Shown piece after piece: positions 24,400 through 33,611 of a DNA stretch of 64,000 bases (position 1 is its first letter; every line of letters starts with the position of its first letter). The stretch covers positions 194 through 64,193 of the forward strand of contig WRHR01000005.1 of assembly GCA_009783145.1 (NCBI GenBank), in the 5' to 3' direction. The DNA is from Alphaproteobacteria bacterium. Lineage in GTDB: Bacteria; Pseudomonadota; Alphaproteobacteria; Rs-D84. The translations under genes and the position numbers were made by a program. The notes under the pieces were generated by a model, which was given only the letters and a program-made list of their open reading frames with translations, made no database searches and was not told the DNA's origin.

Positions 24400-24623
24400 A
24401 ATGACTAATGACTAATGACTAATGACTAATGACTAATGACATGTCAACTGTCCGCGGTTGTCCAATATATTAGACAACCGATAACGGCCTTTGTTATATA
24501 GTCTTTTTCATCTTTGCTATTCTAGTATACTAGAATAGCAAAGATGAAACAAAATGTCCTTTATAAAGGACAAGCATTAGTATCCATTATCTATTATCCA
24601 TTGGTCATTAGTCATTAGTCATT
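24400..24623. repeat. heptamer-arm hairpin element H3 (AATGACT units) with three internal palindromes
   Basis: AATGACT x6 at 24400-24440; GGTCATTAGTCATTAGTCATT at 24603-24623; internal palindromes about 24467-24488, 24508-24547 (40 nt perfect) and 24555-24572 TGTCCTTTATAAAGGACA. Confidence 0.8.
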
Positions 24624-24624
24624 A

Positions 24625-24660
24625 AAAAATAAAACCGGCAAAAGCCGGTTTTATTTTTTC
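24625..24660 (-). terminator. rho-independent terminator after rplY
   Basis: AAAAAATAAAACCGGCAAAAGCCGGTTTTATTTTTT. Confidence 0.6.
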
Positions 24661-25343
24661 TTCGCGGCCGGTTTGGCGTCCTTTGCCGGAGCTGCCGCAG
24701 CCTTGGCCGGCGCAGCTTTCGCGCCCTTAGCCGGGGCCGCCGCAGCCGTCGCTGCCGCCGGCTTTGCAGCGTCCGCTTCCTCGGCCATCTTGCCGCCGAT
24801 AATCACGAATGCCAACCCTGCCTGGCGCAAGCCCAGTTCAACCCCTTTCGGCAGTTGCAACGCGCTTCCGTGCACCACGTCGCCGATCCCCAGCGCCGCC
24901 AGATCAACCGTGATTTTTTCCGGAATATCATCCACCTTTGCCACAATCGCCACTTTGCGCACCGCAAAGTTCAACGTTCCGCCCATTTTCAGGCCTTTCG
25001 CGGTTTCCGCATTCAGCAGCTCCAACGGCACGACCACGCCGACCGGTTTTGTTATGTCGATGCGCTTAAAGTCCGTATGGATTGGCGTATCGGAAACCGG
25101 ATGATACTGGATATCCATCAGCATCGCGTTTTCCGTGCCTTTTGGCGTTTCTATCTCGAACAACTTCGTTCGCAAGCCCGGTTTCTTGATGAGTTCGCCC
25201 CATTCCTTGCCGTCCAGCTCTATTGCGACGGGGGCCTTCTTGTCGCCGTAGATTACGGCGGGCACTTTCTTGTTGTTGCGGACTGAACGCGCGGCCCCCT
25301 TGCCGGCAACGTTCCGAATTCCTGCTTTGATTTTTATAGACAT
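24651..25343 (-). CDS. rplY: ribosomal protein L25 (Ctc form) with Ala/Lys-rich tail
   Basis: MSIKIKAGIRN...RSVRNNKKVPAVIYG; C-terminal AAKPAAATAAAAPAKGAKAAPAK; internal ATG 25343 chosen. Confidence 0.85.
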   Translation of the reverse strand: MSIKIKAGIRNVAGKGAARSVRNNKKVPAVIYGDKKAPVAIELDGKEWGELIKKPGLRTKLFEIETPKGTENAMLMDIQYHPVSDTPIHTDFKRIDITKPVGVVVPLELLNAETAKGLKMGGTLNFAVRKVAIVAKVDDIPEKITVDLAALGIGDVVHGSALQLPKGVELGLRQAGLAFVIIGGKMAEEADAAKPAAATAAAAPAKGAKAAPAKAAAAPAKDAKPAAKKK

Positions 25344-25453
25344 TTTTAATCCTTTGTTGTTATGCAGCCTCCAAGGGTGCTGCGCGGACGGCATTATTAC
25401 GCAGATTCCGCCAGAAATCAAGAAAAATATACTATATCGCAAAATGCAATACC

Positions 25454-25483
25454 TTTGCTATTCTAGTATACTAGAATGGCAAA
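25454..25483. promoter_or_regulatory. second copy of TTTGCTATTCTAGTATACTAGAATAGCAAA palindrome, candidate operator
   Basis: 29/30 identical to the centre of the 40-nt palindrome at 24508-24547; lies in the divergent rplY / carboxypeptidase promoter region. Confidence 0.4.
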
Positions 25484-25532
25484 TGAAAATGTATAATTGC
25501 ATATTTTGCATTTGTGGTATATAGTAAAAATT

Positions 25533-26747
25533 ATGAAGAAATTACTATCTCTTGCGCTTTGCCTTTTGCCTTTCGCGGCGAACGCCGAGTTCAAAACGAC
25601 CGCGCACAGTGCTTTTCTGATAGACCCGCAATCCGGGACGGAAATTGTTGCGAAAGAAGCCGACACTCTGATGCCGCCCAGCAGCATGCTGAAGCTGATG
25701 ACCCTTGCGGTTGTATTTGATGAGATCAAGGCGGGCAAGCTAAAACTGGACGAAAGGATTGTCGTGCCCGATGCTGCGGATTATAAGAATCCGACTTGGG
25801 CCACGGCCAGCAAGATTTGCCTGGTAAAAGGGCAGAAAATCTCCGTCCGCGATGCCGTCCTGGGCCTGATAGTAATGTCCGGCGGCGACGCTTGTGTCAC
25901 AATGGCCGAGAAAGTTGCCGGCAGCGAACCCGAGATGGTGCGGCGCATGACACAGCGCGCGCGCGAAATCGGAATGGCGCGCTCTACGTTCGGGAATGTC
26001 AGCGGTCTGCCCCATCCCGATAACTTGATGACCAGCCGCGAATTGGCGACATTGGCGCAATACTTCATAAATCGCCACGCGGATCTTTATCCGATGTTCG
26101 CAACAAAACGCTTTGAATTCAGCGAATATCAAACCGAGTGGTGCGCGGAATGGGGGCGGACCAAAACTCTGAATTATAACAAGCTGCTGTTTATCATGCC
26201 GGGCGCCGAGGGGCTGAAAACCGGAAATACGGCCGAGGGCGGGTACGGACTGGTCGCCAGCGCGACGCAAGGCGGACGGCGCCTTGTCGGCGTCATCAAC
26301 GGGTTCAAGGCAAAAAATCACGACGCTTTGGCGGCCGAGATGAAAAAGCTGTTGCAATACGGATTTACGGACACGATCAACAAAACTTTTTACAAGCCCG
26401 GCGATACCATTGTGGAAATTCCTGTATGGTACGGGCGCCGACCCTTTGCCGTCGCGACGGTTGAAAAGCCGTTCGTAATTACCTTACCTGTAGGGGCGAA
26501 ATATCTTTCGCCCCAGGGCGGAAAATATTCCGCCCCTACAAACACCGATAATATTCGCATTCTTGCGCGCTATGCGGAACCCCTGCCCGCCCCGATCCGC
26601 GCCGGGGATAAAATCGGGCTGATCATCGCACAGCAGGATGGGAAAGCCATCGCCAGCGCCGACCTGGTCGCGAAAGAACGCGTCGGTAAAGTCCAATTCT
26701 TCGCCCGCATTTGGAAAAATTTACAAGTGATTTTTGGAATAAAATAA
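25533..26747 (+). CDS. D-alanyl-D-alanine carboxypeptidase (S11, PBP5/6-like)
   Basis: Signal peptide MKKLLSLALCLLPFAANA, SxxK as SSMLKLMT, SGGDA (SxN-like) and KTGNT motifs. Confidence 0.85.
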   Translation: MKKLLSLALCLLPFAANAEFKTTAHSAFLIDPQSGTEIVAKEADTLMPPSSMLKLMTLAVVFDEIKAGKLKLDERIVVPDAADYKNPTWATASKICLVKGQKISVRDAVLGLIVMSGGDACVTMAEKVAGSEPEMVRRMTQRAREIGMARSTFGNVSGLPHPDNLMTSRELATLAQYFINRHADLYPMFATKRFEFSEYQTEWCAEWGRTKTLNYNKLLFIMPGAEGLKTGNTAEGGYGLVASATQGGRRLVGVINGFKAKNHDALAAEMKKLLQYGFTDTINKTFYKPGDTIVEIPVWYGRRPFAVATVEKPFVITLPVGAKYLSPQGGKYSAPTNTDNIRILARYAEPLPAPIRAGDKIGLIIAQQDGKAIASADLVAKERVGKVQFFARIWKNLQVIFGIK

Positions 26748-26770
26748 TCCCGCGCATCTGCGCGGGTTTT
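26746..26770. terminator. bidirectional rho-independent terminator
   Basis: AATCCCGCGCATCTGCGCGGGTTTT. Confidence 0.65.
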
Positions 26771-26771
26771 G

Positions 26772-27173
26772 TTATTTAACTCTGTTCCCAAGATGCCTTT
26801 GCACTTTGGCGGCAAATGTATTCATAGACGGGTCCGTATAAGTCCTTCTATCCAGATGAGCTTTGATTATCGCGACCAGCCCCCTTCCCAAAGCCTTCCC
26901 TTTTTCTTCTCCGACTTTTGCTGCGCGATCGCGTTCTTTTTTTGTCGCCATTTCGCCCCATATTGAACCGATTATATCCGCTTTGATTCCAGGAGCATTA
27001 AGATTTTTTAAGCCTTTCGGAACCATATATTTATTAGCGAAATTAATCACAACTTTAGTTGCTTTCACGGCGTCGAACGATTGAACGTGTAATCTTTTTT
27101 TAATATCGCCTTCGTTTTTCTTTACAAAAGCTGCAGCAGCTTCATTTAAAGTCATGACTTCTCCTTTTGACAA
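26772..27173 (-). CDS. hypothetical protein
   Basis: 133-aa ORF, basic, no motif recognised. Confidence 0.45.
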   Translation of the reverse strand: MSKGEVMTLNEAAAAFVKKNEGDIKKRLHVQSFDAVKATKVVINFANKYMVPKGLKNLNAPGIKADIIGSIWGEMATKKERDRAAKVGEEKGKALGRGLVAIIKAHLDRRTYTDPSMNTFAAKVQRHLGNRVK

Positions 27174-27228
27174 AATAAATTATACTTTATCTTGCGTCCA
27201 AAATCAAATGGTTTATAATGCCGAAACA

Positions 27229-28140
27229 ATGGCACAAAAGAAAACTTCATCTTCGTACAAATTCCCCGCGCCGATCGATAACGGCCAATTGATCGGGCAT
27301 CGCGCTGTTCGGCGCGCGTTTGATGAAGCCTGGGCGCGGCGTAACGAGTATCCCCTGCATCCCGTTTGGATGTTGGCCGGCGCGCGCGGCATCGGCAAGG
27401 CCACAATGGCCTATCAGATTGCTCACCAGGTTTACGGAAATATCGGCGACTTCTTCATAATCGATATGGAGCACAATATCGACAAAGACGGCCGTGCAAA
27501 AACCGACGGCAAGGTCATCAGCGTTTATACCGTCCGCGCAATGATTGAAAAAATGCAGCTTTCCAGCATGTCGGGGGGATGGCGCGTGGTTCTTATCGAC
27601 AGCGTGGACGAGCTGAACACCGCCGCAAGCAACGCGATTTTAAAGTTGCTGGAAGAGCCGCCTGCGAATACTCTGTTCTTGTTGGTTGTGCATCAGTTAA
27701 GCAACGTCTTGCCCACAATCCGCAGCCGCAGCCGCATTGAAAAAATGATGCCTCTGGGCATCTCCGAACTGCGCGAGCTGTGCGCGATGTTCTTGCCCGA
27801 AGAAGAAATCAGCACTGCTACTTTGAGACTCGCCAGCGGAAGCTTTGGAAAAATCGCGAACCTTAAAACTACCGGCGGAGATGATATTTATTCCGAACTG
27901 CTGGAGCTGTTGGAAAACCCGCGCGCGAATTCCGCAGACACGATGCGCCTGGCAAAGAAAATTGCGGCCGAGCCCGCCCTGCACGGAATCCTTTTGGATG
28001 CGATCGCTCACCTTGGCTTGGCGGATTTATATCCGACAGCGACGCGCGATATCGCGAGCATCAGCACAATTTATTTGGAACCCGAGATTGCGATTTTTAA
28101 AGTTATAAATGATATAAAAACTGGATTGCTTCGTCGCTAA
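27229..28140 (+). CDS. holB: DNA polymerase III delta prime subunit
   Basis: LAGARGIGKATMA Walker-like motif, ILKLLEEPP, SRSR sensor; start 27229 chosen because TTGCGT-16-TATAAT (27192-27219) sits just upstream; 27154/27208 remain possible. Confidence 0.75.
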   Translation: MAQKKTSSSYKFPAPIDNGQLIGHRAVRRAFDEAWARRNEYPLHPVWMLAGARGIGKATMAYQIAHQVYGNIGDFFIIDMEHNIDKDGRAKTDGKVISVYTVRAMIEKMQLSSMSGGWRVVLIDSVDELNTAASNAILKLLEEPPANTLFLLVVHQLSNVLPTIRSRSRIEKMMPLGISELRELCAMFLPEEEISTATLRLASGSFGKIANLKTTGGDDIYSELLELLENPRANSADTMRLAKKIAAEPALHGILLDAIAHLGLADLYPTATRDIASISTIYLEPEIAIFKVINDIKTGLLRR

Positions 28141-28234
28141 CGCTCCTCGCAATGACAATCAAGAGTATGTTCGGGGCACACAACCTAAAACAAATACCGA
28201 ATTGTCATTGCGAGGCGAAGCCGAAGCAATCCAG
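28121..28234. repeat. palindromic repeat family D, full copy
   Basis: Left arm CTGGATTGCTTCGTCGCTAACGCTCCTCGCAATGACAAT, right arm ATTGTCATTGCGAGGCGAAGCCGAAGCAATCCAG; right arm is the exact reverse complement of 42213-42246; left arm encodes the last residues and stop of holB. Confidence 0.75.
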
Positions 28235-28255
28235 TAAATAAAGAGATAAAGAGAA

Positions 28256-29029
28256 ATGTTCATAGATACACATTGCCACCTTACGAACAGATACATCCCC
28301 CTTTGCCAAGGCTCCGGGGGACAAGCGAAGAACGCGGACGAAGTAATTGCGCGCGCGGCCGCATCCGGCGTCGGAGCGCTGATTTGCGCTTGCGCGGAAC
28401 CGGGCGACTTTGAGTCCGCAATCGCGTTGGCTGAGAAGCACAAGAATGTTTTCGCGACAATCGGCATTCATCCCGACACTGCGGGGAAAGCAACGCCCGA
28501 TTACGGATATCTGTTGTCACACCCGAAAGTAGTCGGTGTCGGGGAAATCGGCCTTGATTATCACTACAACGCGGAAAATAAAAATCAGCAGATCGAATTA
28601 TTCCGCGCGCAATTGGAAATCGCCCGCTGCGCGAACCTGCCGATTGCCGTGCATTCCCGCGATGTCGAGGAAGATATCGCCGCGGCCCTGGACGGCTCGG
28701 TCGGCGGCGTCATGCACTGCTTTACGGGCAGTTGGGATTTTGCAGCAAAGATGCTGGACCAAGGCTTTTACTTTTCCGCCAGCGGAATAATTACTTTCAA
28801 AAACTCCAATGAATTGCGTGAAGTTTTCGCAAAAATTCCGCTGGACCGGATTGTTATTGAAACCGATGCGCCTTGGTGCGCGCCCGTTCCCTTTCGCGGA
28901 AAGCCTTGCGAGCCGGCAATGGTTGCCCAGACCGCGCGCGTCTTGGCCGAAACCCGGGGCTTGAATTTGCCGGAATTGGAGATTATATTAGAAGAGAATA
29001 CAAAACGGCTATACCCTAAATTAAAATGA
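28256..29029 (+). CDS. tatD: TatD family metal-dependent DNase/hydrolase
   Basis: FIDTHCHL, GEIGLDYHY, HSRD, HCFTG, ETDAPW motifs. Confidence 0.9.
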   Translation: MFIDTHCHLTNRYIPLCQGSGGQAKNADEVIARAAASGVGALICACAEPGDFESAIALAEKHKNVFATIGIHPDTAGKATPDYGYLLSHPKVVGVGEIGLDYHYNAENKNQQIELFRAQLEIARCANLPIAVHSRDVEEDIAAALDGSVGGVMHCFTGSWDFAAKMLDQGFYFSASGIITFKNSNELREVFAKIPLDRIVIETDAPWCAPVPFRGKPCEPAMVAQTARVLAETRGLNLPELEIILEENTKRLYPKLK

Positions 29030-29505
29030 CAAGAGCAATTATTAAATCTGGACAGGTTTCTGAAAATCGCAAAGCGCGGTTCAATTACTCTATCGAAGAC
29101 ACCATAGAGGCTGGCGTTTCGTTGACCGGCGCCGAGGTCAAATCTATCCGATACGGCCTGGTTACGATTGTCGACGGGTTCGTGTCGGCGCGCGATGGAA
29201 ACCTGGTCTTGAAAAACATCGTCGTCCAGCCACTGCCCACCGCCGCAAAGATCGTGCGCTTTGACGAGCGTCGCGGGCGCCAATTACTGCTTCATCAAAA
29301 TCAGATTAACCGCTTGATTGGAAAGCTGTCGGAAAAAGGTGCGACTATTGTCCCGCTGAAATTATATTTCAACTCGCGCGGGAAGCTGAAAGTTTTGCTG
29401 GGAATCGGATACGGCAAGAACCGCACCGACAAGCGCGAGACTATTAAACGCCGCGAATGGGATAAAGAAAAGAGTAGAATTATCAGAGGGAAGAATGTAA
29501 AATGA
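29026..29505 (+). CDS. smpB: SsrA-binding protein
   Basis: ENRKARFNY, GAEVKS, LLLHQ, YGKNRTDKRETIKRREW motifs. Confidence 0.9.
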   Translation: MTRAIIKSGQVSENRKARFNYSIEDTIEAGVSLTGAEVKSIRYGLVTIVDGFVSARDGNLVLKNIVVQPLPTAAKIVRFDERRGRQLLLHQNQINRLIGKLSEKGATIVPLKLYFNSRGKLKVLLGIGYGKNRTDKRETIKRREWDKEKSRIIRGKNVK

Positions 29506-29573
29506 ATTTACGATTTGCGATTTACGATTTGTTGGGAGTGAAATCGTAAATCGCAAATCGTAAATCGTAAATT
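29506..29573. repeat. heptamer-arm hairpin H4 (ATTTRCG units), no AT-rich core
   Basis: ATTTACG ATTTGCG ATTTACG ATTTG / loop TTGGGAGTG / AAATCGT AAATCGC AAATCGT AAATCGT; begins right after the smpB stop. Confidence 0.75.
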
Positions 29574-29590
29574 AAAAAAGGAGTACTCTC

Positions 29591-30145
29591 ATGTGGACAA
29601 CCATCGCAATAGTTGCAGTAATAATTTTATATATCGTCGCGGTTTATAACGGACTTGTCGCGCGGCGCGTGCAAGCTCGCGAGGCTTGGGCAACGATCGA
29701 TACTCAACTGAAACGCAGGTACGATTTGATTCCGAACCTGGTCAATGCCGTTAAAGGCGCGGCAAAGCACGAAAAAGGAACGCTTGAATCCGTAATTGCC
29801 GCGCGCGGGCAGGCGATGAGTGCCAGCGGCGTTGCAGACAAAAGCGTTGCGGAAAATCAACTGACCGGCGCTTTGAAGCATATTTTCGCGTTAAGCGAAA
29901 GCTATCCGGCCCTGCGCGCGAACGAGAACTTTCTGGAACTGCAGCAAGAGCTGACCGACACCGAAACGAAAATCCAGGCCGCGCGGCAATTCTACAACAC
30001 CGTCGTGATGAGCCTGAATACTCAGATCCAGCAATTCCCCAGCAGCATCGTCGCCAGCCTCTTCAAATTCGTGCCGGAAAAGTTTTTCGAGCTGGACGAG
30101 GAAGAGAAAGCCGCCGTCAAAAAAGCGCCCAAAGTTGAGTTCTGA
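29591..30145 (+). CDS. lemA: LemA family membrane protein
   Basis: N-terminal TM helix then YNGLV..R..V...W..ID.QLKRRYDLIPNLV pattern. Confidence 0.85.
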   Translation: MWTTIAIVAVIILYIVAVYNGLVARRVQAREAWATIDTQLKRRYDLIPNLVNAVKGAAKHEKGTLESVIAARGQAMSASGVADKSVAENQLTGALKHIFALSESYPALRANENFLELQQELTDTETKIQAARQFYNTVVMSLNTQIQQFPSSIVASLFKFVPEKFFELDEEEKAAVKKAPKVEF

Positions 30146-30147
30146 GC

Positions 30148-31068
30148 ATGAACAAAACTGTTTATGATCACATTCGCAGCAACAACAGGAAGACCGCTGC
30201 GTTGGTTGCGGCGTTTCCTTTGGTCTTTATTGCCTTGGTTTTTCTGTTTGTATGGATTGTCGCGCCGTTGGAGTTGGCGCTGGAAACGACCGCAATGGTT
30301 GCCGCGCCGACAATCGTTGCATGTTTGGTTTGGATGCTGATTTCTTGGGCTTTTGGTGATTCCATGATGCTATCATCCGCCGGCGCGAAAGAAATTCATG
30401 AAGACGAAAAAGAGTATAAGCAAATTTTCCGCAGCGTGGAAAATGTAGCCTTGGCCGCAGGATTGCCACGCCCCAGAGTTTATATAATTGAAGACGATTC
30501 TTTAAATGCCTTTGCGACCGGGCGCACTCCGAAAGACGCTTCTGTTGCCCTTACCCGCGGGATTATAAACAAGCTGGACCGGCTGGAACTGGAAGGAGTT
30601 ATTGCTCACGAGATGGCGCATATCGGCAATCGTGACATACGCCTTGATATGCTGCTGATTACCGGCGTTGGAGTTACAGTTTTCGCCGCGGATATAATTT
30701 TCCGCATGGCGCTGTCGGGGGGTGGCAAGCGTGACAGCAAGGATAATACCGCAGCGATTTTATTTATGGTTTGGGCTGCGTTTATGGTGTTTAATTTTTT
30801 GATTACCCCGTTGTTGCGCATGGCAATTTCCCGCAAACGCGAATTTGCGGCGGATGCCACCGGCGCGTTTATCACTCGCAATCCGGCCGCGCTGGCGTCC
30901 GCGCTGCGCAAGATTTCCAAGGACTGCCGAGTGGAAGTTTTGGACAAACGCAAATCAATGGCCGCAATGTGCATTGCGAATCCGCTTAGCACGCGCGAGT
31001 TTTTTTCCGAAGCATTCGCGACTCATCCAAAAACTGATGAGCGCATCCGCAGATTGGAATCTATGTAG
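30148..31068 (+). CDS. htpX: M48 family zinc metalloprotease HtpX-like
   Basis: HEMAHIGNRD zinc motif, four TM segments, EFAADATGA. Confidence 0.85.
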   Translation: MNKTVYDHIRSNNRKTAALVAAFPLVFIALVFLFVWIVAPLELALETTAMVAAPTIVACLVWMLISWAFGDSMMLSSAGAKEIHEDEKEYKQIFRSVENVALAAGLPRPRVYIIEDDSLNAFATGRTPKDASVALTRGIINKLDRLELEGVIAHEMAHIGNRDIRLDMLLITGVGVTVFAADIIFRMALSGGGKRDSKDNTAAILFMVWAAFMVFNFLITPLLRMAISRKREFAADATGAFITRNPAALASALRKISKDCRVEVLDKRKSMAAMCIANPLSTREFFSEAFATHPKTDERIRRLESM

Positions 31069-31081
31069 CCCAATAATTATC

Positions 31082-31110
31082 TTGACAAACGCTATATTGG
31101 GCGCTATATT
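31082..31110 (+). promoter_or_regulatory. promoter TTGACA-17-TATATT positioned for a leaderless transcript
   Basis: -10 ends 31110; ATG at 31118 is 8 nt downstream, no room for an SD. Confidence 0.45.
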
Positions 31111-31117
31111 TCTATAT

Positions 31118-31945
31118 ATGACTCAGAAATCTTTATCTTTGCCGGGAAACACTTTGGGCTGCCTCCTTGGGTTAAAAGGCGGATTGACCAAGCATCGCGC
31201 TGCCCTGCCCGAACTCCCGCCGGGGTCGCTGGATTTTATTCAAGAATGGATTCGCGTTTTGCTTGATGTTATAAAAAAATCGGGATATAAAAAGCACACA
31301 AATCTATACGGGCATTTAATCTTACTTCTCCGCGACCCGAAATATGTCGCGAACTTTATTGATTTTGCAGATATATCCCATCGCAGTTTTTACTATGCGC
31401 TCCGATTTGCAAATGCCTATAACTTCGCCGCGGATAAAATTAAACCCGAAGCGGATGTAGCGGATTTTGGCGCGGGATTCTCGCCTTTGCTGCCTTTGCT
31501 TAAACAAAACCATGGTAACATAAACAATTATTCATTGGACAGCAACAGCCTGATTCAAGATATCCGCAGCGATGTGCTGGCCAAATTGGGACTGCCACAA
31601 GAAAAGGCGTTTGACTGGCCACCGCAGAATGACATCTTTTTATCCCTTGGGACATTCGTTTATATACCCGAAGAGCAACAGAAAGAGCTTTTGGCAAAAG
31701 TCAATGAAAACTGCCGTGATTACTATATCGAGTTTGAGCTGAAAAAACCATCAACCGACAAGATACATGTCGAAAAGCAGCATGATAAATATTACCCGTT
31801 GGGAGCGGATGCAGTGAAACAAACTCTCTACAATTGCAATATCAAACTGATGTCAGACGAAGCGGAAGGAAACTCTATCGCGGCATACTCGCGATTGAAA
31901 AAAACACTGCCCCGCGCAACCGAAGCTTTTGTTTATAGCAGATAA
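31118..31945 (+). CDS. putative class I SAM-dependent methyltransferase
   Basis: VADFGAGFSPLLPLL resembles motif I (D/E-x-G-x-G); ORF-track start 30845 overlaps htpX so ATG 31118 chosen. Confidence 0.5.
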   Translation: MTQKSLSLPGNTLGCLLGLKGGLTKHRAALPELPPGSLDFIQEWIRVLLDVIKKSGYKKHTNLYGHLILLLRDPKYVANFIDFADISHRSFYYALRFANAYNFAADKIKPEADVADFGAGFSPLLPLLKQNHGNINNYSLDSNSLIQDIRSDVLAKLGLPQEKAFDWPPQNDIFLSLGTFVYIPEEQQKELLAKVNENCRDYYIEFELKKPSTDKIHVEKQHDKYYPLGADAVKQTLYNCNIKLMSDEAEGNSIAAYSRLKKTLPRATEAFVYSR

Positions 31946-31970
31946 TGAAATCCCGCAGAGGCGGGATTTT

Positions 31971-33473
31971 TTATTTCATCATCGGGAACAGGATTGTGTC
32001 GCGAAGGGTTGGCTGGTCGAAGATTATGCTTGCCAGGCGATCTACGCCGACCCCAACGCCCGAAATCGGCGGAAAGCCATGCTCCATCGCCCTTACGAAA
32101 TCATTATCCGGATTGAACGCTTCTTCCGCTCCTGCCGCTATATCCTTCGCCTGTTCCTCGAACGCCGCAAGCTGTTGTGTCGGATTTACCAGCTCGGAAT
32201 AACCCTTGCACATTTCCGCTCCGCTGGCCAGCAATTGAAACATATCTATTCTGCGTTCATCTTCGTCATTTCTGCGCGCCAGAGGCACCATATACGCCGG
32301 ATAGTTATACATAAACGTTGGCTGAATCAAGTCCGGACGGATTTTCTTTTTATAAACAAAATCCACTATCTCCGGGATGGATACGTAAGGCTCCAGCTCG
32401 TCGCGCGAGAACATCTTCCGGCTCAGCAGTTGCGAGCGCAATTTTTCCGCGTCGTCAAAGTCCAAGATATTGCACCCGAACAGCTCGTTCATTTTCGCCG
32501 TATAATCCAACTTTTCATAAGACGAAAAATCAAGCCTCAATCCCTGGTATTCAATCTGCAGAGTTCCGCGCAATGATTGAATCAGGTGCTGCACCAGCGC
32601 CCAGGTGAATTTTATATTATCGTTGAAATCCCAATACGCCGCATACCATTCCACCATCGTGAATTCCTGCAGATGCATCGCATCCATGCCTTCGTTGCGG
32701 AAATCCTTTGCAACCTCGAACACCCTGTCAAAGCCCGCGCCAATCGCCACCTTTAGCGGAAGCTCCGGCGAAATGCGAAGCTGAAAATCGGTATCCAGCG
32801 CGTTATGGTGCGTCGTAAAGGGGCGCGCCGCCGCGCCGCTGGCCACGTTCTGCAACACCGGCGTTTCGATTTCCATAAAGCCGTGCTTCCACATAAACTC
32901 GCGCCACAAGCGCGTCATTTGAAAGCGCCCCACAATCGCATCGCGCGATTCCTTGTTCGCAATCATGTCCAGATATCGCTGGCGATAGCGCGTTTCCGTG
33001 TCAGACAGCCCGTGAAACTTTTCCGGCAATGGACGCAGCGCCTTGGCCAAAATTTCATACCGCGAGACTTTGATTGTTAATTCTCCGGCGGTGGTGTGAT
33101 AAAGCTCGCCTTCTATACCGATAAAATCACCCATATCAACATTGGCTTTCATAAATTTGTACTGCTCTTCGCCCAGCTCTTCCCGCGACATTGAAAACTG
33201 GATTTCCCCGTCAATGTCATAAATCCGGCCAAACATCAATTTTCCCAGCCAGCGAAGCGCCGTTACGCGGCCCGGCACGCGAACTTTCGCCCCCCCCTTC
33301 GCCAAGGCTTCGGGGGGCAGGCCGTCTGCCAAAGCACGGGTCTCGGCGATTGTGCCTGTGCGTTCGTATCTGTCTTTCCAGACGACGCCGTCGCGCGCGC
33401 GGATGTTCTCCGCTTTCTGCAGGCGCGCTTCCAGCTCGTTAGTTGAAATCTGTGTGTTCGTCTGGTCTGACAT
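31971..33473 (-). CDS. lysS: lysyl-tRNA synthetase, class II
   Basis: OB-fold N-domain, class II motifs (FMEIETPVL, FRNEG, GVGVGVDRL). Confidence 0.95.
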   Translation of the reverse strand: MSDQTNTQISTNELEARLQKAENIRARDGVVWKDRYERTGTIAETRALADGLPPEALAKGGAKVRVPGRVTALRWLGKLMFGRIYDIDGEIQFSMSREELGEEQYKFMKANVDMGDFIGIEGELYHTTAGELTIKVSRYEILAKALRPLPEKFHGLSDTETRYRQRYLDMIANKESRDAIVGRFQMTRLWREFMWKHGFMEIETPVLQNVASGAAARPFTTHHNALDTDFQLRISPELPLKVAIGAGFDRVFEVAKDFRNEGMDAMHLQEFTMVEWYAAYWDFNDNIKFTWALVQHLIQSLRGTLQIEYQGLRLDFSSYEKLDYTAKMNELFGCNILDFDDAEKLRSQLLSRKMFSRDELEPYVSIPEIVDFVYKKKIRPDLIQPTFMYNYPAYMVPLARRNDEDERRIDMFQLLASGAEMCKGYSELVNPTQQLAAFEEQAKDIAAGAEEAFNPDNDFVRAMEHGFPPISGVGVGVDRLASIIFDQPTLRDTILFPMMK

Positions 33474-33611
33474 TATTTTTCCTTTTTATTAAAAACGGGC
33501 ACCAAAAGCGCCCGCAGAGTTTCTTCCTACGTGGCGCAGTTTAACTAAATTTTTTCGTTTGCCCCGACATAGCGTGTATTATGACTAATTTTTTAGAAAA
33601 GTCCAGCATTT

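Noticed and set aside
24400-24440. Tandem repeat arrays (here and at 51196-51300, 12802-12829, 63758-63787) as possible CRISPR arrays
   Set aside because: The period is 7-8 nt with no spacers. The units are directly adjacent and are mirrored by complementary units nearby. No cas genes are present.
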